A stretch of 64,000 nt of DNA, taken from assembly GCA_015059045.1 (NCBI GenBank), contig SVBD01000001.1, positions 66,165-130,164 of the forward strand, read 5' to 3'. A model generated the notes under the pieces. That model searched no databases. It was not told the DNA's origin and saw only the letters and a list, made by a program, of their open reading frames with translations. Positions within the stretch are counted from its first letter, which is position 1; each line of letters begins with the position of its first letter. Below are positions 48,731 to 58,374 of the stretch, one piece after another. The translations under genes and the position numbers were made by a program. Source of the stretch: Erysipelotrichaceae bacterium (GTDB lineage Bacteria; Bacillota_I; Bacilli_A; RFN20; CAG-449).

Positions 48731-50689
48731 ATGGCTGAAAAGAAGAATAATTATGGTGCTTCATCATTAAAAATCTTAAAAGGGTTGGAACCAGTAAAGA
48801 AAAGACCTGGTATGTATATCGGATCTACTGACTGGAGAGGAACTCACCATTTAGTATGGGAAATTGTTGATAACGCAATTGATGAAGCTATCGCAGGATA
48901 TGGTAAGAAAATTACGGTTACGATTCACAAAGATGGTTCTTTATCTGTTCAAGACGAAGGTAGAGGAATCCCTTGTGATTACAACGAAAAAGAAAAAATG
49001 GATGGTTTAGACATCGTTTTCTGCACTTTACATGGTGGAGGAAAATTTGATGGTGAAAACTATAAATCTGCAGCAGGTCTACATGGTGTAGGGTCTGCAT
49101 GTGCAAACGCATTATCTGAGTGGTTAAAAGTTACTGTTTATAAAGATGGTAAAGAATATTATGCATCTTATAAAGATGGTGGTAATAAAGATGTTTCAAC
49201 TAAATTAATTGGCGAAACAACTAAAAGAGGTAGTATTGTTACTTTTAAACCGGACAAGAAAATGCTTCCAGAGCCAGAATTTAAATTCGATCTAATTGCT
49301 GAAAGATTGAATAACTCCGCAAGCCAATGTAATGGTGTAAAATTTGTTTTAATTGATGAAAAACAAAATAAAAAACAAGAATTTTTATATACTGAAGGTA
49401 TTAAAGAATACTTAGAAAATAAAAATAAAAATCATTCAAGCGTAAATCCTATTGTTTATTTTAATGATGATAAGAATGAAATTAAAGCAGAATTTGCTTT
49501 CCAATTCCTTTCAGATGTTTACACAGAAGTAGTCTATTCGTTTGCTAATAGTATTTTTACAGTAGAGGAAGGTAGCCACGTTAGAGGTTATCGTTCTGGT
49601 TTTACTAAGGCATTTAATGAATTTGCTTCTAAAAATAATTTAATTAAAGGCAATCAAAAATTAGATGGTAGTGATATTCGTGAAGGTCTATCATGCGTAG
49701 TAAGCGTTAGAATCCCAGAAGAAAAAATTCAATTTGAAGGGCAAACTAAAGAAAAACTAGGAACTCCTGAAGCTGCAACTGTTGTAGAAACATTAGTCTA
49801 CGCTAATGTAACTCGTTATTTAATTGAAAATAAAGAATACGCAAATAAGATATTTACTAGAATTTTAGAAGCTCAGAAAGCTCGTTTGGCGGCTAGAAAC
49901 GCTAAAGAAGAAGTAAGAAATAAGATGCCAAAAGATGTTGAGAAATCAACTCTTATGCTTTCAGGTAAATTAGTTCCACCTCAATCAAAAGAATATAACA
50001 AATGTGAATTATTTATCGTAGAAGGTGATTCTGCTGGTGGAAGTGCTAAAAAATGTCGTGATAAGAAATATCAAGGACTATTACCACTTCGTGGTAAACC
50101 AAAAAATATTTCTAATGATGCTGAAGACGCATTCATGAAAAATGAAGAATTATCTACTCTTGCTTTTACAATTGGTACAGGTACAGGCAAAGAGTTCAAT
50201 ATCCGTAATCTACATTATGATAAAGTAATTATTATGACCGATGCTGATACCGATGGTGCGCATATTCAAAACTTATTAATCAATTTCTTCTATAAGAAGA
50301 TGAAACCATTAATTGAATTAGGACATGTTTATGTGGCTTGTCCACCTTTATATCGTGTATTTAAAATGGTTAAAAAGACTACTATTGAAGAATTTGCTTG
50401 GAACGAACAAGAATTAGAAATTGCTAAAAAGAAAATCGGAGCAGGTTATACTGTTTCTCGTTATAAAGGTCTTGGTGAAATGGATGCAGATCAACTTTGG
50501 AGAACAACTATGGATCCAAGAAATCGTAAATTAATTAAATTATCAATTCAAGATGATAAAGTTGCTGGAGATATGGTTGAATTATTTATGGGTAAAAATC
50601 CAGCTCCAAGAAATGCTTGGATTTCAGAAAATATCGATTTCTCAAATAAAGGTGATTTCTTTATCGAGGAGGTGAAGAATAATGGCTAA
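48731..50689 (+). CDS. parE: Topoisomerase IV subunit B (ParE)
   Basis: GHKL ATPase (EIVDNAIDE), TOPRIM (EGDSAGG), PLRGK. Followed by ParC. Start set at the ATG after RBS ggataggag. Confidence 0.9.
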   Translation: MAEKKNNYGASSLKILKGLEPVKKRPGMYIGSTDWRGTHHLVWEIVDNAIDEAIAGYGKKITVTIHKDGSLSVQDEGRGIPCDYNEKEKMDGLDIVFCTLHGGGKFDGENYKSAAGLHGVGSACANALSEWLKVTVYKDGKEYYASYKDGGNKDVSTKLIGETTKRGSIVTFKPDKKMLPEPEFKFDLIAERLNNSASQCNGVKFVLIDEKQNKKQEFLYTEGIKEYLENKNKNHSSVNPIVYFNDDKNEIKAEFAFQFLSDVYTEVVYSFANSIFTVEEGSHVRGYRSGFTKAFNEFASKNNLIKGNQKLDGSDIREGLSCVVSVRIPEEKIQFEGQTKEKLGTPEAATVVETLVYANVTRYLIENKEYANKIFTRILEAQKARLAARNAKEEVRNKMPKDVEKSTLMLSGKLVPPQSKEYNKCELFIVEGDSAGGSAKKCRDKKYQGLLPLRGKPKNISNDAEDAFMKNEELSTLAFTIGTGTGKEFNIRNLHYDKVIIMTDADTDGAHIQNLLINFFYKKMKPLIELGHVYVACPPLYRVFKMVKKTTIEEFAWNEQELEIAKKKIGAGYTVSRYKGLGEMDADQLWRTTMDPRNRKLIKLSIQDDKVAGDMVELFMGKNPAPRNAWISENIDFSNKGDFFIEEVKNNG

Positions 50690-53255
50690 GAAAAATGTCA
50701 ATATTGAAGAAGTATTTGAACAAACAATTATTGAATCTCCAATTGATGAAGTCATGAGTCAAGGATTTGGTCGTTATTCTAAGTATGTATTACAAGAAAG
50801 AGCCGTTCCTGATGTAAGAGATGGCTTAAAACCAGTTCAAAGAAGAATTGTATATACAATGACTTTAGAAGGTAATACTTCTAATAAACCAACTAGAAAG
50901 TGTGCTAGAACAGTTGGAGCCGTTATCGGTAGATTCCATCCACATGGTGATGCTTCTGTTTATGATGCAATGGTTAGACTATCTCAAGATTGGAAAATGA
51001 GATATCCTTTAGTCGACTTCCAAGGTAATAATGGTTCAATTGATGGCGATGGCGCAGCAGCATATCGTTATACTGAAGCGCGCTTATCTGAATTAAGTGA
51101 ATTATTAGTTCAAGATTTAAATAAAAATGTCGTAGATATGGAATTAAACTTCGACGATCAAGAACTCGAACCAACAGTTCTTCCATCTCGATATCCAAAT
51201 TTATTAGTAAATGGTTCTTCAGGTATTGCAGTAGGGGCTTCTACTGATATTCCACCTCATAATTTAGGTGAAGTAATTGATGCAATTTGTTATAGAATTT
51301 CTCATAAAAACGCTAAAATTGATGAATTATTTGAATTTGTTAAGGGTCCTGACTTCCCAACAGGAGGCATCATTAAAGAGGGAAATTCTTTAAAGGAAAT
51401 ATATTCTAAAGGTCAAGGATCATTTAAATTATATGCTAGAACTCATATTGAAGAGGGAAAAGCAGTCAATCAAATTATTATTGAGGAAATCCCTTACGGA
51501 AAAGATAAATCTGAATTTGTTAATAACATTGATAGAGTAAGATTTGCAAACAAGTTAGATGCAATTGTTGAAGTTAGAGACGAAACTGGCATGGAAGGTT
51601 TAAAAATCGCTATCGATGTTAAAAAAGATGCTGATATCAATAACTTATTAAACTTCTTATATTCAAAAGGATGTTTATCTACAACTATTAAGTTTAATAT
51701 GTTAGTTATTGATCACTTCAGACCTAGAGTATGTAATTTATTAGAGGTAATTGATTGCTATATTGAACATCAAGTTGATGTATTAACTAGACGTTCTCAA
51801 TATGATTTAAATAAGGCTAAAGCAAGATTACATATTGTTTCCGCATTAATTCGTGCTGTTTCAATCATGGACCAAGTTGTATCATTAATTAGAAGCAGTA
51901 AAGATAAGCAACACGCTAAACAACGTTTAATTACTGAATTAGATTTCACAGATATTCAAGCAGAAGCTATTTTAAATCTTCAATTATATAGATTGACTAA
52001 CTTAGATGTTACTACTCTAGTTAATGAGAAAGCTGATTTAGAATCTCAAATTGCATATCACGAAGCTTTACTTGGCTCATCTACTAAGATGAATAACTTA
52101 ATTAAGAGCGATTTAACTAAAATCAAAGAAAAATATGCTGATGAAAGAAGAACTTCAATTGAAGAAGAAGAGATTTCATTTAACGTTGATAAAAGAGCAT
52201 TAATTACAAAAGATGAAGTAATGGTTGCATTTACTCGCGATGGATATTTCAAACGTACGCAAATGAAATCGTATAATTCTTCTACAGTTGATTTACCTGG
52301 AATTAAACAAGGTGACGTATTTAAAGGTATAACAAAGGCATATACAACTGATTTCTTAGTTATTTTCACTAATTTTGGTAATTTCTTAAATATTCCAGTT
52401 TATATGTTAACTGATAATAAATGGAAAGATGAAGGCCAACACATTAATCAAATTGGTCAATTAAATCCAAACGAAAAAGTTGTTAATGGTATTTTAATAA
52501 GTGAATTTAGAGAAGATGTTAATCTTACATTTGTAACAAAATTAGGTCAAATTAAACGTTCACCAGTTAATGAGTTAAATGTTAGTAAGTTTGCTAAGCC
52601 AGTCAAATGCTTCAGATTATTAGATGGTGACGAGCTTGTAGATGTTAAAGTAGTGAATGGTGATACTAATTTATTAGTAGTTAACTCAAATGGTACATCT
52701 TCATTCTTTAATGAAAATGATGTTTCGTTAGTTGGTATAAAAGCTGGTGGCGTAAAAGCATTAAGTTCTACTAAAGAGAAGATTGATGTAGTTTCTTTAT
52801 TAACGTATAGAACAAATGAAAGATCTAAAATCATTATTTTGACAGATGAAAAAGGTGTAAGAATTGTTGATTCTTCACACTTAATTAAGACAAATAGATT
52901 AGGTGCAAAACAACAATTATTCAAATCATTTAAAGCTTACCCTCAAGAAGCAATTTATGTTGAAAAATCATCAAAAAATAATGAAATTTCAACAATTTAC
53001 GCAATTCTAGAGAATAATGCGTTGTCAAAAATTTCACTTGATGAAGTTAAATCTCAACCAATTGAAAGTTTCTTAAAAACTAACTTAGAAATCGATAGTC
53101 CTTTCAAATTTATTGACTCTTATACTTTTGATGTAGAAAGAGTAGATGAAACATTAGAAGTAGTCGAAATCAAAAAGACTATTGAAATAGTTAAAAAAGA
53201 CATTTTAGAAGATTATGAACAATTATCATTATTTGATTTTGTAGATGATGATTAA
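50682..53255 (+). CDS. parC: Topoisomerase IV subunit A (ParC)
   Basis: Active-site Tyr region (AAAYRYTEARL). GyrA/ParC N-terminal domain. C-terminal domain lacks a clear GyrA-box. 857 aa. Confidence 0.88.
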   Translation: MAKKNVNIEEVFEQTIIESPIDEVMSQGFGRYSKYVLQERAVPDVRDGLKPVQRRIVYTMTLEGNTSNKPTRKCARTVGAVIGRFHPHGDASVYDAMVRLSQDWKMRYPLVDFQGNNGSIDGDGAAAYRYTEARLSELSELLVQDLNKNVVDMELNFDDQELEPTVLPSRYPNLLVNGSSGIAVGASTDIPPHNLGEVIDAICYRISHKNAKIDELFEFVKGPDFPTGGIIKEGNSLKEIYSKGQGSFKLYARTHIEEGKAVNQIIIEEIPYGKDKSEFVNNIDRVRFANKLDAIVEVRDETGMEGLKIAIDVKKDADINNLLNFLYSKGCLSTTIKFNMLVIDHFRPRVCNLLEVIDCYIEHQVDVLTRRSQYDLNKAKARLHIVSALIRAVSIMDQVVSLIRSSKDKQHAKQRLITELDFTDIQAEAILNLQLYRLTNLDVTTLVNEKADLESQIAYHEALLGSSTKMNNLIKSDLTKIKEKYADERRTSIEEEEISFNVDKRALITKDEVMVAFTRDGYFKRTQMKSYNSSTVDLPGIKQGDVFKGITKAYTTDFLVIFTNFGNFLNIPVYMLTDNKWKDEGQHINQIGQLNPNEKVVNGILISEFREDVNLTFVTKLGQIKRSPVNELNVSKFAKPVKCFRLLDGDELVDVKVVNGDTNLLVVNSNGTSSFFNENDVSLVGIKAGGVKALSSTKEKIDVVSLLTYRTNERSKIIILTDEKGVRIVDSSHLIKTNRLGAKQQLFKSFKAYPQEAIYVEKSSKNNEISTIYAILENNALSKISLDEVKSQPIESFLKTNLEIDSPFKFIDSYTFDVERVDETLEVVEIKKTIEIVKKDILEDYEQLSLFDFVDDD

Positions 53256-53944
53256 TTATTTTTCTTAAATTCATTTAATAATTTAATTAAAGCTCGTTTC
53301 TCAATTCGAGAAACATAACTACGAGATATTTTATATTTTTTACTAATCTCCTTTTGTGTATGTTCGATTTCATTATTGAGTCCATACCTTAAGGAGATTA
53401 TTTTATATTCACGTTCATCTAATACATGAAGGTGTTTTCTAAGCGATTCAATTTGTTGCTTTTTTTCATATTGTTCTTCAATTGGTATTTCATCATTTGG
53501 CAATACATCTATTAAATTAATATCTGTACCATCTTTATCGACTGCAATACTTTCATTTATAGAGATATTTTTCGCTAGTTTTTTATTCGATCTAAAGACC
53601 ATTAATATTTCATTTTCAATACATTTAACGCTATAAGTTGCTAGTTTTACATTTTTATCTAAAGAGAAAGTATCAATTGCTTTAATTAATCCAATTGTTC
53701 CAATTGATATTAAGTCGTCAAAATTTTCATCTTTTGATTCATATTTTTTAGCGATATGTGCAACTAATCTTAAATTGTGTAAAATAAGTTTTTCTCTGGC
53801 ATTTTTATGGGTTTTTTCATCAAATAGTTCTTTGATGTATTTTTCTTCCTCCATATCGCTTAATTTTTCAGGATATACATTGTTATAAACAATTCCATGA
53901 AGAAAGGAACAATCAAAAATTGATAATAATAGTTCTAATAACAT
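53252..53944 (-). CDS. sigK: Sporulation sigma factor SigK, made as pro-sigma-K with an N-terminal pro-sequence
   Basis: KLILHNLRLVAHIAKKYE, DLISIGTIGLIKAIDTF, KLATYSVKCIENEILM and ISRSYVSRIEKRALIKL closely match B. subtilis SigK. N-terminal SFLHGIVYNNVYPEKLS parallels the pro-sigK pro-peptide. Uninterrupted, no skin-like element. Confidence 0.8.
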   Translation of the reverse strand: MLLELLLSIFDCSFLHGIVYNNVYPEKLSDMEEEKYIKELFDEKTHKNAREKLILHNLRLVAHIAKKYESKDENFDDLISIGTIGLIKAIDTFSLDKNVKLATYSVKCIENEILMVFRSNKKLAKNISINESIAVDKDGTDINLIDVLPNDEIPIEEQYEKKQQIESLRKHLHVLDEREYKIISLRYGLNNEIEHTQKEISKKYKISRSYVSRIEKRALIKLLNEFKKNN

Positions 53945-54061
53945 AAAATCACCTAGTTAAATGTATTTTTTCATTATATTTTTAATTCATATTTTAGAAA
54001 AATTATTTAATATATTTATTTTTTACAAATAAATAAGCTATAATAAAAATAAGGAGAATTT

Positions 54062-54583
54062 ATGGGATTATTTACACCGACTTATTACGCTAAAAGTTTA
54101 TATGAGATTCCAATTTCTTTTTATAAAGAAAACGGTATTAAAATTCTATTTTGTGATTTAGATAATACCTTAGATGCATTTTATGAACAAGACCCTACAG
54201 AAAAAGCTATTAAGCTTGTTAGGGAATTGGAAGAAAATGGTATTAAAGTTATTATTACTTCAAATAATCATGGAGATAGGGTAACTAATTACGCAAATAA
54301 ATTAAATGTAATTTGTCATTATTCTTCTAAAAAACCGTTGGGCTATAAATTACGTCGATTTATTAAAAGTAATAATTTTAATAAAGACGAAATTGTAATG
54401 GTTGGTGATCAACTCTTAACTGATGTAATTTGTAGTAAAAATACAAAAATAAGAGTGATATTAACAGAACCTTTAGTTAATAAGGATTTACCTGTAACTA
54501 AAGTGAATCGTTTCTTCGATAAAATTATTAGAAGAATGATGAAAAAGAAACTTACAAAATTGGAGGTAAAAAATCATGAGTAA
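54062..54583 (+). CDS. yqeG: HAD-IIIA phosphatase YqeG
   Basis: KILFCDLDNTL motif I. 173 aa. Precedes yqeH. Confidence 0.8.
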   Translation: MGLFTPTYYAKSLYEIPISFYKENGIKILFCDLDNTLDAFYEQDPTEKAIKLVRELEENGIKVIITSNNHGDRVTNYANKLNVICHYSSKKPLGYKLRRFIKSNNFNKDEIVMVGDQLLTDVICSKNTKIRVILTEPLVNKDLPVTKVNRFFDKIIRRMMKKKLTKLEVKNHE

Positions 54584-55682
54584 AATTAAATTTACATGTT
54601 TCGGATGTGGATGCGAATTACAAAATACAGATCCATATCAAAAAGGATATACTCCTAAAGTTCTAGAGCATGGAACAATTTTATGTCAACGTTGTTATCG
54701 TTTACAAAACTATGGTGATCATAAAGATGAAGAATTTGTAAAACCAGATTATAAGAGAGTATTTGAAAATGTAATCAATAAAAAATGCTTAATTTTATAT
54801 GTAATCGACTTGTTTTCAGTTGAAGCTAGTATGATTAGAGATTTATTTCCATTTATTCAAGATTGTCCAATTTTAGTAATTGCAAATAAGAGAGATATTT
54901 TGCCAAAGAGTATTAATGATGATAAATTAAAACAATTTATTTATAATAAATTCAAAATGGAAGGATTAAATATTAAAGGTATTATTTGTTCTTCTGCATT
55001 TAAAAATTATAATATTGACGAAATTATCGAAGCATGTAATGAATTAAGATACGGTAAAGATATTTATATTGTCGGAGCAAGTTCAGTAGGTAAATCTTCT
55101 TTAATTAATGTTTTATTGAAAAATATTAAAAATGAAACTAGAGATTTAATTTCTACTTCACCATATCCAGGTACTACAATTGCTACAATTACAATTCCTT
55201 TAGATAATAAATCAAAGATTTATGACACTCCTGGTATCGTATTGCCAAATTCAATGTATTATTGCATGGAGAAGAGTGTATTAAAATTAATTATCCCAAA
55301 AAGTGAAATTAAACCTATTACATATCAATTAAATCCAAAGCAAAGTGTGTTTATGGGTGGCATTTGCCGTTTTGATTTCGAAGAAGGTTCTAGATCAGGA
55401 TTTACTTTCTATATGTCAAATAATGTAGAATTACATCGTACAAAACTAGAAAAAGCATCAACTGTATTTGATAGTTTAGTAAGTCAAGGTAAAATTAAGC
55501 CAATTTCAGGAAAAATCACATCTTCTGCTTCGTTAGTAAAACATGACTTTATTTTACCAAATGATAGGGTTGATATCGCAATTCTTGGTTTAGGATGGAT
55601 TAGTGTTAAAGGTTGCGGTCAAAAAATTAGTGTTTGGGCACCTGAAGGCGTTTCAATTGTAATTAGACCTGCAGAAATTTAG
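54576..55682 (+). CDS. yqeH: Ribosome biogenesis GTPase YqeH (circularly permuted GTPase with N-terminal zinc finger)
   Basis: CFGCGCELQ...CQRC zinc finger. G4-G1-G3 order (ANKRDIL, GASSVGKSSLIN, DTPG). Confidence 0.85.
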   Translation: MSKIKFTCFGCGCELQNTDPYQKGYTPKVLEHGTILCQRCYRLQNYGDHKDEEFVKPDYKRVFENVINKKCLILYVIDLFSVEASMIRDLFPFIQDCPILVIANKRDILPKSINDDKLKQFIYNKFKMEGLNIKGIICSSAFKNYNIDEIIEACNELRYGKDIYIVGASSVGKSSLINVLLKNIKNETRDLISTSPYPGTTIATITIPLDNKSKIYDTPGIVLPNSMYYCMEKSVLKLIIPKSEIKPITYQLNPKQSVFMGGICRFDFEEGSRSGFTFYMSNNVELHRTKLEKASTVFDSLVSQGKIKPISGKITSSASLVKHDFILPNDRVDIAILGLGWISVKGCGQKISVWAPEGVSIVIRPAEI

Positions 55683-55690
55683 GAGTAAAT

Positions 55691-55984
55691 ATGTTAAGTA
55701 CAAAACAAATTAAATATTTAAAATCACTTGCTAATACATTAGAATCAAAATATAAGATTGGCAAAAATGAAATCAGTCATAATACTATAGTATTATTAGA
55801 TAATGCATTAAAGAAAAATGAACTAATCAAAGTTAGCTTAAATAATACAGTTTCAGAAGATAAAAACGAAATTGCTAGTTCTTTAAGCGAACAATTACAT
55901 TGCGAAGTAGTGCAAATCGTTGGTAATGTAATTACATTATTTAGAAAAAATTTAAAGGATGGTAAAATCCATTTACCGAATTAA
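55691..55984 (+). CDS. yhbY: YhbY/CRS1 family RNA-binding protein (YqeI)
   Basis: KQIKYLKSLANTLESKYKIGKNEIS...IKVSL pattern. 97 aa. Confidence 0.75.
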   Translation: MLSTKQIKYLKSLANTLESKYKIGKNEISHNTIVLLDNALKKNELIKVSLNNTVSEDKNEIASSLSEQLHCEVVQIVGNVITLFRKNLKDGKIHLPN

Positions 55985-55985
55985 T

Positions 55986-57074
55986 ATGAAGTATATTATT
56001 TATGGGGGATCTTTTGATCCAATACATAATGGTCATATTCAAATGGCTTTAAAGGCAAAAGAAGTAACTAACGCTGATAAAGTCATTTTCTTATTGTCTA
56101 AAAGACCACGTTGGAAAAATCCTTTAGAAGATGAAAATCATCGCTTAAATATGCTTAAATTAGCTTTATATAACATATCTTGGGCGGAAATTGATTTAAC
56201 AGAGTATAATTCCTTAGAAGATGTTAATTACACTTACAGAACTATTTTGAAAATAAAAAATAAATATCCAGGTGATTTATATTTCTTAATTGGAGGAGAC
56301 AATGTCAACCAATTAAATGATTGGTATGAAATTGATAAGTTATCAAAGATTGTTAAATTAATTGCAATCGCAAGACCTGGAATCGAACTAAATTATAACA
56401 ATATTTCCAAATATAATGTTGAAGTAATTAATTCTTATATTAGTAATATGAGTTCTACTTCTTTAAGAAATATGAGTAATTTAGATTGTCCAATTGAAGT
56501 TTTACAATATATTATTGAAAATAATTTATATTTTGTACCAAGATTAAAAGAGTATATTTCTGAAAAAAGATTTAATCATTCATATGAAGTTGCCAAATTA
56601 GCGTATCGTATCGCTAAAAGTAATAATTTAAATGAAATTAAGGCTTTTACAGGAGGATTACTTCATGATATAGGAAAAGGTATGGATAAAGATAAACAAA
56701 GGGCTTATATGGCTTTAAATTATCCAGAATTCTTAAATGAGTTGCCACCACCTCTATATCATCAATTTATATCTAGAGATATATGTATAAATGATTTTAA
56801 TATTTCTGATCAAGAAATACTAAATTCAATTGTATATCACGCAACAGGGAATAGCGAAATGACATCATTAGGAAAAGTTATATATAGTTCCGATAAGATT
56901 GAACCTACTAGAGGTTATGATTCTTCAGATATGATAAATGCGTGCTTAGAAGACTATCAAAAAGGTTTTGAATACGTTTTAAAAGAGAATATAAAGTTTT
57001 TAAAGGAAGCAAATAAAAGTTATGACAATGTTTTAACTAGAAAATGTATCAATTATTATTTAAAGGAGAGATAA
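55986..57074 (+). CDS. nadD: Fusion of nicotinate-nucleotide adenylyltransferase NadD with HD-domain hydrolase YqeK
   Basis: N-terminal half GGSFDPIHNGH (HxGH) = NadD. C-terminal half RFNHSYEVAKLA...GLLHDIGKG = HD motif of YqeK. Single uninterrupted ORF. Confidence 0.85.
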   Translation: MKYIIYGGSFDPIHNGHIQMALKAKEVTNADKVIFLLSKRPRWKNPLEDENHRLNMLKLALYNISWAEIDLTEYNSLEDVNYTYRTILKIKNKYPGDLYFLIGGDNVNQLNDWYEIDKLSKIVKLIAIARPGIELNYNNISKYNVEVINSYISNMSSTSLRNMSNLDCPIEVLQYIIENNLYFVPRLKEYISEKRFNHSYEVAKLAYRIAKSNNLNEIKAFTGGLLHDIGKGMDKDKQRAYMALNYPEFLNELPPPLYHQFISRDICINDFNISDQEILNSIVYHATGNSEMTSLGKVIYSSDKIEPTRGYDSSDMINACLEDYQKGFEYVLKENIKFLKEANKSYDNVLTRKCINYYLKER

Positions 57075-57076
57075 AT

Positions 57077-57406
57077 ATGAATCAAGTAAAATTAAGTTTA
57101 ATTCAAAAAGCAATTGATGAAAAAAAAGGAGAAAATATTTCTATTTATGATGTTGATTCTTCTTCACCATTTTTCTCACATATTATTGTTGTAACATCAA
57201 TGAATAAAAAACATTCCGAAGCTATCGCTGATGAAGTGGATAGAGTATGCGCTAGTTTAGATGAACCAATAAAAAATATCGAAGGTAAGAATGGTTCAGA
57301 TTGGGTCTTAGTTGATGCTGGAGATATTCTTGTTCACATCTTTACAGAGAGTGAAAGAATTAGAGTTAACATTGAACAATTAATTAAAAAAAGTATTCAA
57401 GGGTAG
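57077..57406 (+). CDS. rsfS: Ribosomal silencing factor RsfS (iojap)
   Basis: GENISIYDV...SHIIVVTSMNKKHSEAIADEV...GKNGSDWVLVDAGDILVHIF. Start at the ATG after RBS aaaggagag. Confidence 0.85.
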   Translation: MNQVKLSLIQKAIDEKKGENISIYDVDSSSPFFSHIIVVTSMNKKHSEAIADEVDRVCASLDEPIKNIEGKNGSDWVLVDAGDILVHIFTESERIRVNIEQLIKKSIQG

Positions 57407-57412
57407 GGCATT

Positions 57413-58093
57413 ATGAAAGAAGTAAATTTAATAATTGCTGCCATGGATGAAGAGGTTCAAGCGCTACTTGATAATCTTCCAAATTATGAAGTAAAAACTA
57501 TCGATGATAACACTGCCTATGAATTCAAAATTAGAGATGAAAATTTCATCTTAGTTAAAGGAAAAATTGGGAAAGTTTATACATCAATATTCTTGTCTAG
57601 ATTAGCTCTAATTTTAAAGATAAAAAGAGTATTTAATATTGGTACTTCCGGTGGGGTAAACAAAGGTCTAAAAATTAATGACGTGATAGTTGCAACTAAG
57701 GTTGGATATCATGATGTAGATGTCACATTCTTCAATTATGAAATTGGTCAAATTCCAGGTGATCCAAGATACTATGAATGTGATAATGAATTTGTAGAAT
57801 CTAGAATAATTGATCCGAAATATTCTATTAAAAGAGGAATCATTTTATCAGGTGATTCATTCGTTACTAGAGAAAATATTAATTCGAAAAATATTAATGT
57901 AGAAGAATGTCTTGCTTGTGAAATGGAATCTGCTTCGGTAGGGCAAACATGTTCTCAACTTAAAATCCCATTTGTCATAATTAGATCTATTTCAGATTTA
58001 ACATTTGAACAAATAGACGTAGATAGGCACAATAATGATGTAGTATCTTCTTCTACTAACTCAGCTTTAGTTCTTCTAGAATTAATTAAATAA
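57413..58093 (+). CDS. mtnN: 5-methylthioadenosine/S-adenosylhomocysteine nucleosidase
   Basis: MKEVNLIIAAMDEEV, TSGGV, SGDSFV motifs. 226 aa. Confidence 0.88.
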   Translation: MKEVNLIIAAMDEEVQALLDNLPNYEVKTIDDNTAYEFKIRDENFILVKGKIGKVYTSIFLSRLALILKIKRVFNIGTSGGVNKGLKINDVIVATKVGYHDVDVTFFNYEIGQIPGDPRYYECDNEFVESRIIDPKYSIKRGIILSGDSFVTRENINSKNINVEECLACEMESASVGQTCSQLKIPFVIIRSISDLTFEQIDVDRHNNDVVSSSTNSALVLLELIK

Positions 58094-58099
58094 GTAATC

Positions 58100-58130
58100 A
58101 AACAATGTCTTAATTCGACATTGTTTTTTT
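58100..58130 (+). terminator. mtnN terminator
   Basis: aaacaatgtc-ttaattc-gacattgttt followed by ttttttt. Confidence 0.8.
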
Positions 58131-58203
58131 ATTACTTACAATAAAGTAGTGAATTCATACACATAATTTTTAATAATTCGAACATATTTCTAAATATATA
58201 CTT

Positions 58204-58231
58204 ACTTCGCATAATGTTTATTATGTAAACT
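58204..58231 (+). other. dif: dif-like chromosome dimer resolution site (XerC arm - 6-bp core - XerD arm)
   Basis: ACTTCGCATAA-TGTTTA-TTATGTAAACT. 23/28 identical to B. subtilis dif (ACTTCCTAGAATATATATTATGTAAACT), with the XerD arm 11/11. Left arm CGCATAA as in E. coli dif. Lies in a convergent intergenic gap at the + to - gene-orientation switch, 2.5 kb from xerD. Confidence 0.8.
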
Positions 58232-58315
58232 AAATAAGTATTTAATATGGATTTTTCCATATAATTTTAATATACATATTAGTTATCAACATTATAAATA
58301 CTTGAGTTTTCCACA

Positions 58316-58346
58316 ATAAAAAAGGCGGTATTTTCAACCACCTTTA
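58316..58346 (-). terminator. Terminator of the minus-strand lipoprotein gene
   Basis: aaaaaggcgg-loop-ccaccttt with one mismatch, plus A/T runs. Confidence 0.5.
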
Positions 58347-58347
58347 T

Positions 58348-58374
58348 ACTAAATATATACTAATTATCTACTAA
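58348..58374 (+). repeat. Phased pentamer array B: ACTAA at 58348/58359/58370, spacers ATATAT and TTATCT
   Basis: Seen directly. The last pentamer overlaps the stop codon of the minus-strand gene 58371-59516. 117 bp from dif. Confidence 0.8.
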
